A DNA stretch of 64,000 bases from Acidiferrobacterales bacterium (GTDB lineage Bacteria > Pseudomonadota > Gammaproteobacteria > Acidiferrobacterales > SZUA-150): NCBI GenBank assembly GCA_947258385.1, contig CAMYII010000039.1, forward strand, positions 19,723 through 83,722. The letters run 5' to 3'. Both the position numbers and the translations under genes were made by a program. The notes below the pieces were generated by a model, which was not told the DNA's origin, did no database searches, and saw only the letters and a list, made by a program, of their open reading frames with translations. Shown here in pieces: positions 56,186-64,000 of this stretch; the stretch's first letter is position 1, and each line of letters begins with the position of its first letter.

Positions 56186-57472
56186 CTATTGGCGAATATG
56201 GCCATCCCCCAGAACGACAAACTTCTGCGACGTGAGGCCTTCCAGGCCTACCGGACCACGGACGTGCAATTTGTCGGTACTGATACCGATTTCCGCACCC
56301 AGCCCATATTCGAAGCCGTCGGCGAAACGGGTCGAGGCATTGACCATCACCGAGCTGGCATCGATTTCACGCAGGAACTGCCGTGCCCGGGTGTAATCAT
56401 CGGTGACGATAGCCTCGGTATGGCCGGAACCATGTTGATGGATATGTGCCATGGCGGCGGCCAGATCATCGACAATGCGAATCGAGAGTATCGGTGCCAG
56501 ATACTCCGTATCCCAATCTACTGTCGTCGCCTCCTTGATGCCGGGCAGCAACGCCCGTGTGGCATCGCAGCCCCTCAATTCCACGCCTTTTTCCCGATAC
56601 ATTCTGCCGAGTTCAGGCAGGACCTCTTTGGCAGCCCCGCGGGCGACTAATAATGTCTCCATCGTGTTACAGGTGCCGTAACGCTGGGTCTTCGCGTTAA
56701 AGGCCACTTTGATGGCCTTGTCTATGTCTGACTTGTCATCGATATACACATGGCACACACCGTGCAGGTGCTTGATCACGGGCACTTTCGCCTCCCGGCT
56801 GATGCGTTCGATCAACCCCTTGCCGCCACGGGGAATGATCACATCGACATAGTCCGTCATACGGATCAGCTCACCCACCGCCGCCCGGTCAGTCACCTCG
56901 ATGACCTGCACCGCTTCTATCGGAAGGCCAGCGGCGCTCAGACCCTGGTGGATACAGCCGGCGATTGCGCGGTTCGAGTGGATCGCCTCGGAGCCCCCCC
57001 GCAGAATCGCGGCGTTACCTGACTTCAAGCATAATCCGGCCGCGTCCGCCGTCACATTGGGCCGTGATTCGTAAATGATTCCGATCACCCCCAACGGTAC
57101 GCGCATCTTGCCGACCTGGATTCCTGACGGCCTGAAATTAAGATTTGTGATCTCGCCGACCGGGTCGGGCAAAGCGGCGATCTGCCGCAATCCCTCGGCC
57201 ATCGCACTGACCCTTTCTGCATTGAGCTCCAGACGGTCCAACAGGGCGGCGTCGAGAGCGCCCTGCCTGCCCGCATCAAGGTCCCTCGCATTCGCCTGCA
57301 TCAATGCGTTTGCCGAGCGCTCCACGGCTTCGGCGATAGCCATGAGCGCCGCGTTCTTGGCGCCGGTGGGGGCGCCGGCCATCACGCGCGCCGCGGCGCG
57401 GGCGCGTTCACCGACCGCCACCATGTACTGTTTGATATTCGGGATTTCCGTCTGCTTGATTACGCTTTCCAT
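56186..57472 (-). CDS. proA: Gamma-glutamyl phosphate reductase ProA
   Basis: 428 aa from ATG 57472 ([10 protein letters not shown]). Aldehyde dehydrogenase-type body with the catalytic Cys region ([11 protein letters not shown]). The track's 5' extension overlaps holA and is Arg/Gly-rich. Confidence 0.95.
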   Translation of the reverse strand: MESVIKQTEIPNIKQYMVAVGERARAAARVMAGAPTGAKNAALMAIAEAVERSANALMQANARDLDAGRQGALDAALLDRLELNAERVSAMAEGLRQIAALPDPVGEITNLNFRPSGIQVGKMRVPLGVIGIIYESRPNVTADAAGLCLKSGNAAILRGGSEAIHSNRAIAGCIHQGLSAAGLPIEAVQVIEVTDRAAVGELIRMTDYVDVIIPRGGKGLIERISREAKVPVIKHLHGVCHVYIDDKSDIDKAIKVAFNAKTQRYGTCNTMETLLVARGAAKEVLPELGRMYREKGVELRGCDATRALLPGIKEATTVDWDTEYLAPILSIRIVDDLAAAMAHIHQHGSGHTEAIVTDDYTRARQFLREIDASSVMVNASTRFADGFEYGLGAEIGISTDKLHVRGPVGLEGLTSQKFVVLGDGHIRQ

Positions 57473-57489
57473 TGACCCTCGCTTGAGTC

Positions 57490-58515
57490 TCATCCAATGG
57501 CGGGCGGCGGCCGCAGGCCGCATATGGCCAACGCCAACACCCACAACTCCTGCCAGGTGTCGCCCGACAGGCGGCCTTTTATCACCCGATCGGCGCGGGC
57601 GGCTCGCTGCAGCAGGGCCTGCCACTGCAGGCCAGGCACACGTTTCAAGGCCTGCTTCACCAACGGGCGCCGGCGCGGCCATACCTGACAGGCCTGCCAG
57701 ACCTGGTTTTGATCGGCGCCGGCCGCCAGTTTGCCCGCGATCAGCGCCATGTTGCGCAGTTCGCGGGCCAGAGACCACAATACCAGCGTCGGCGGCACCC
57801 CCTCTGCCTGCAGACTGGAGAGCATCCGGGTCGCCGCGTTCGCGTCCCCCTGCAGACAGGCGTCGACCAGGACGAATACATTGAAACGGGCATTGTCGCT
57901 GAGATTGTCCTGAATGTCATCCAGCCCGATGGCGCCGCCGCCGAACACCAGCGTCAGCTTGTCGACCTCCTGCGCCGCCGCCAGCAGGTTGCCTTCAAAA
58001 TGGTAGGCCAGGAGTTGGGCGACGCCGGCACCGGGCTCCAGCCCACGGGCGCGCATGCGCCGCCCAATCCACGCCGGCAGTTCACGCGCCTCCAGCGGAT
58101 ACACGGTGACCGTGACGCCGGCGGATGCCAGGGCCTTGCACCACTTGGCCTGGCGGGTCTGCTTCTCAAGCTTGCCGGCACTGACCAGAACCAGGGTATC
58201 CGGCGGCGGCTCGCTGGCGAGCTCAACCAGGACCCTGGAACCGGCCTCTCCGGGCTTGCCGCCTGGCAGGCGCAGGTCCAGGATTCGGCGACTCGAAAAC
58301 AGAGATAAGGACTGACATGAGTGTATCAGCCCATTCCAATCGAACCCCGGCTCAACGGTCAGCACCTCGCGTTCTGTGTAACCCTCTTGCAACGCGCGTT
58401 CAAGGATCAGGGCGCAACACTCCTGCACCAGCAGCAGCTCATCGCCGTTGATAAAATAGATCGGCGCGAGGCCCTTGTTCAGCGATTCCTGTAGCTGATC
58501 AGCCCTGAGCTGCAC
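57490..58515 (-). CDS. holA: DNA polymerase III delta subunit HolA
   Basis: 342 aa from GTG 58515, 5 nt after the lptE stop. Starts [29 protein letters not shown]. Conserved leuS-lptE-holA synteny. Confidence 0.85.
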   Translation of the reverse strand: MQLRADQLQESLNKGLAPIYFINGDELLLVQECCALILERALQEGYTEREVLTVEPGFDWNGLIHSCQSLSLFSSRRILDLRLPGGKPGEAGSRVLVELASEPPPDTLVLVSAGKLEKQTRQAKWCKALASAGVTVTVYPLEARELPAWIGRRMRARGLEPGAGVAQLLAYHFEGNLLAAAQEVDKLTLVFGGGAIGLDDIQDNLSDNARFNVFVLVDACLQGDANAATRMLSSLQAEGVPPTLVLWSLARELRNMALIAGKLAAGADQNQVWQACQVWPRRRPLVKQALKRVPGLQWQALLQRAARADRVIKGRLSGDTWQELWVLALAICGLRPPPAIG

Positions 58516-58519
58516 GGCG

Positions 58520-59086
58520 TCACCTCGACCGCGAGAGCTGAATTCTGGCCAGCCGCCGGATGAGCTGCTGTACCGCCTGTTGGCGCATGAACCGCTGCAG
58601 ATCCGCGTCCTCCCTGGCCTTGGCCAGGACATTGAGGCTGTCGAAGGTGTATTCCTGTTCCAGGAAAATCATCTGCGACGGCGCGAGCTCCCTGCCTTGA
58701 CCGTCTTCAATTCTAAACCGGAGCCGGTATCTGAGCAGGTATTCACTGACCTTGGCGGTGCTGGCATTCACCGCCAGGATCCGCCGTTCGAAGGTCTCAC
58801 CGAAGAGCACAAGCGCGGGCACGGGCGCGGCGGCGTCCGCGATCGTAACGCCGGACCGCGACTGCAGCGCCTCCACCGTGGCCTGATACAAGGGATCGTA
58901 GGGCTGCCGGCCTTCCACAACCACGCGTAACGTGGACAGCTCCGGTGCGAGGGAGGCCTGTTCCACGCCCCGCAGATGGAATCCGCAGCCTGATAAGAGC
59001 AGAAAAAGAGGCAAAGAGAAAAGAGAAAAGAAAACAAGTGTTCTCACGCGGCTCCCAGACCACGCTACACCTCTCTTCTGCCGCAT
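58520..59086 (-). CDS. lptE: LPS-assembly lipoprotein LptE
   Basis: Lipobox LLLSG-CGFHLRG. Downstream of leuS. The start is ATG 59086 or 59101. Confidence 0.8.
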   Translation of the reverse strand: MRQKRGVAWSGSRVRTLVFFSLFSLPLFLLLSGCGFHLRGVEQASLAPELSTLRVVVEGRQPYDPLYQATVEALQSRSGVTIADAAAPVPALVLFGETFERRILAVNASTAKVSEYLLRYRLRFRIEDGQGRELAPSQMIFLEQEYTFDSLNVLAKAREDADLQRFMRQQAVQQLIRRLARIQLSRSR

Positions 59087-59090
59087 ATTA

Positions 59091-61688
<2,598 letters not shown>

Positions 61689-61755
61689 TTACACACTGTC
61701 TCCAACGGGCAATCCCGCAAGGATAACGCATTTTCAGCGCCGCGCGGAGCATCAT

Positions 61756-63315
61756 TCAGGCATCAGATTCCGCACGAGATAAGCCCGCCGCACCACGCCT
61801 GTACCCACCGATGAGCAGCGTTACCGCCAACAGTATCACCACCGGCCAGTTGCCGAAGCGTACATAGGGCGTCGTGCCCTGCATCGGCTGCACCTCCGCG
61901 GTCAATACATCAGGCATAAACTGCGGGGACCGGGCAAGGACCTTGCCGCTATGGTCGATCACCACCGAGGGCCCGGTGTTGGCCGCGCGCAGCATCGGGC
62001 GACCGGTCTCCATGGCGCGCATGCGCGCCATCTGCACCCGTTGATGCGGCGCGAGCGAGCGCCCGAACCAGGCATCCTCGCTCACATTGACCAGCAAGGA
62101 GGCCTGCGGGAGGCTCTTGATAACCTCTTCACCGAAGGCGTCTTCGTAGCAGATCGACACGCCGATGGCCTGGCCGGCCGCCGTGAGCGGCGGCTGGCCG
62201 CCGGGCCCGGCACTGAAATCCGACATGGGGATATGCAGATAATTCAACAGCCAGCCGAGCAGCGGCTTTAGCGGCAGGAATTCCCCAAACGGCACCAGGT
62301 GGCGCTTGCGGTAGACCCCGGGAGTGCTGCCGACGCTGATGACACTATTATAGACGCGCCTCGTCGAGCGGCCCGTCACCAACTCCACCACGCCCATCAG
62401 GAAATCCGTCTCATGGTCCTCGGCTTCGCGTTTCAGTTCGTGCAAAAATGCCGGCTCCAGGTATTGCAGATAGGCGGGAATCGCCGCCTCGGGCCAGACA
62501 ATCAGGCCGGCATCGCGGTGCCGGCGGCTTGCACGCAAATAGCCTTGCAGGATCGCCGAACGGTGCTCGGGTGACCACTTCGCGCTGAGGGCAACGTTGT
62601 TTTGCACCAGCGCCGCCTTCAGCGCCGGCCCGCTGGGCTGCACCCACACGATCTTGCCGGCCAGCCAGCACACGGCCCAGAGCACGGCAAACCCGACAAC
62701 ATAACGACGCCAGCCCCTTCCGCGCTCGCGCAACACCAGGGCCACAAGACCCGCACTCAAGGCGGTGACAAGGCTGACCCCGTAGACCCCGAGCCAGGGG
62801 GCAAGCCCGGCCAGGGGAGCGGCGACCTGGCTGTAGCCAAGATTGAGCCAGGGGAATCCGCTCAGAAACCAGCCGCGCACCCATTCCGCCAGCACCCATA
62901 AAGCGGGCAGAAACACCAATAATTGCCAGGCCGTTCCCGAAACAGCGAACCGCGCCTGGACCCAACCCACCACCGCTGGATACAGGGCCAGAAAGGAGAC
63001 AAAGAGCAAAACAGCAACCGCCGCCATGGGCGCGGGCATATTGCCGTACTCATGCATGCTGACATAGACCCAGGACACGCCGGCGCCGAACATACCGATG
63101 CCGAAGAGAAACCCGCGCCAGGCCGAGCGCGCCGGCGCACTGCCATGCCAGAGCGCGAACAACAGGCCGAGATTGACGATGGCAAAGGGAAACAAGCCAA
63201 ACGGGGCGTAGGCCAGCGGCATCAGCAGGCCCGCGATCAATGCCAGAATATCGGCGCGCCGGAACGGGTAGCGCCGGCGCCGGTTACTTCGCGGCTCGAC
63301 GGGCAGGTTTGCCAA
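61756..63315 (-). CDS. lnt: Apolipoprotein N-acyltransferase Lnt
   Basis: 519 aa with a multi-TM N-terminal half and a CN-hydrolase domain (VWPEAAIP; GVSICYEDAF). Confidence 0.9.
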   Translation of the reverse strand: MANLPVEPRSNRRRRYPFRRADILALIAGLLMPLAYAPFGLFPFAIVNLGLLFALWHGSAPARSAWRGFLFGIGMFGAGVSWVYVSMHEYGNMPAPMAAVAVLLFVSFLALYPAVVGWVQARFAVSGTAWQLLVFLPALWVLAEWVRGWFLSGFPWLNLGYSQVAAPLAGLAPWLGVYGVSLVTALSAGLVALVLRERGRGWRRYVVGFAVLWAVCWLAGKIVWVQPSGPALKAALVQNNVALSAKWSPEHRSAILQGYLRASRRHRDAGLIVWPEAAIPAYLQYLEPAFLHELKREAEDHETDFLMGVVELVTGRSTRRVYNSVISVGSTPGVYRKRHLVPFGEFLPLKPLLGWLLNYLHIPMSDFSAGPGGQPPLTAAGQAIGVSICYEDAFGEEVIKSLPQASLLVNVSEDAWFGRSLAPHQRVQMARMRAMETGRPMLRAANTGPSVVIDHSGKVLARSPQFMPDVLTAEVQPMQGTTPYVRFGNWPVVILLAVTLLIGGYRRGAAGLSRAESDA

Positions 63316-64000
63316 CAGAATTGACTTTCAACAGATGGACACGGCGGCTATCGGCGCGCAGCACCTCAAAGCGCAGGTCCCCGATGCGAACCTTCTCCCC
63401 TCGCTTGGGCAAATGTCCCAGCGTGGTCATCACCAGCCCGCCGATGGTGTCGACCTGTTCATCTCTGAATCGGGTATGGAAATAGGCATCGAAATCTTCC
63501 AGCGGTGTCAGTGCCTTGACGATAAACGCCCCGTCATTACGCCTCATGATCGCGACGGCGGCCTCATCGACGTCGTGCTCGTCTTCGATCTCGCCGACAA
63601 TCTGCTCCAGGACATCCTCAATGGTGATGAGCCCGGCCACCCCGCCGTACTCATCGACGACAATGGCCATGTGATTCCGGCTGGCACGGAAGTCGCGCAA
63701 CATCACATTCAGGCGTTTGCTCTCGGGCACGAATACAGCCGGGCGCAGGTAGTCGTCATAGTCGAAACGCGATTCTTTTCCTTGCTCCTTGCTATAGAAA
63801 TAACGCAACAAATCCTTGGCCAACAGGATGCCGATGACTTTATCCTTATCGCCATCGATCACGGGAAACCGCGAATGGGCGGTCTCGATGACCATGGGCA
63901 GCGCCTCTTCCGGGCTCTGGTCCCTGTCGATCACATCCATCTGGGCCCGCGGTATCATCACATCGCGGGCCTGCATCTCCGAGACCTGCAACACACCCTC
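63284..64000 (-). CDS. corC: CorC/HlyC-family Mg/Co efflux-associated protein (CBS pair + CorC_HlyC); 5' end outside window
   Basis: CBS-pair sequence (ARDVMIPRAQM...) and a C-terminal transporter-associated domain (RFEVLRADSRRVHLLKV). The ORF is still open at nt 64000. Confidence 0.85.
   Translation of the reverse strand, partial: EGVLQVSEMQARDVMIPRAQMDVIDRDQSPEEALPMVIETAHSRFPVIDGDKDKVIGILLAKDLLRYFYSKEQGKESRFDYDDYLRPAVFVPESKRLNVMLRDFRASRNHMAIVVDEYGGVAGLITIEDVLEQIVGEIEDEHDVDEAAVAIMRRNDGAFIVKALTPLEDFDAYFHTRFRDEQVDTIGGLVMTTLGHLPKRGEKVRIGDLRFEVLRADSRRVHLLKVNSVGKPARRAAK

Overview
Chromosomal segment of a GC-rich, gammaproteobacterium-like genome. This call rests on gene order only: leuS-lptE-holA, nadD-rsfS-rlmH, maf-rng-yhdP, kdsDC-lptCAB-rpoN-hpf-ptsN-hprK-rapZ, mlaFEDCB. 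Nt 1-26.7 kb is one co-directional, minus-strand array of 18 genes forming a type VI secretion (T6SS) island. It holds all 13 core genes (tssJ-K-L-M-A-B-C-E-F-G, clpV, hcp, vgrG), an embedded GAF/sigma-54 enhancer-binding regulator, and a PAAR protein with a duplicated C-terminal extension. It also holds three non-canonical genes. An 893-aa kinase-like/zinc-ribbon protein and a 246-aa orphan sit at the head of the array. At the tail is an ORF missing from the supplied track, open from ATG 776 to the window edge. Its product looks like the N-terminal and middle part of an animal-type protein-arginine deiminase (PAD). That vgrG-PAAR-PAD-like cassette is my lead candidate for a previously undescribed T6SS cargo system; the kinase-like gene pair is second. 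Nt 26.9-64 kb is conserved housekeeping: an ABC-2 exporter, the mla operon, DUF72, a Kef-type antiporter, the LPS/RpoN/PTS-Ntr block, mgtE, nit, yhdP, rng, maf, rlmH, rsfS, nadD, proA, holA, lptE, leuS, lnt and corC. Oddities there are an mlaF that is frame-broken and lacks its H-loop, a solitary WYL gene next to an IS30-type transposase relic, and an unexplained ~380-nt structured spacer upstream of mgtE. I found no rRNA, tRNA or CRISPR array by eye. Motif coordinates in non-coding DNA were indexed by hand and may be off by 1-2 nt.
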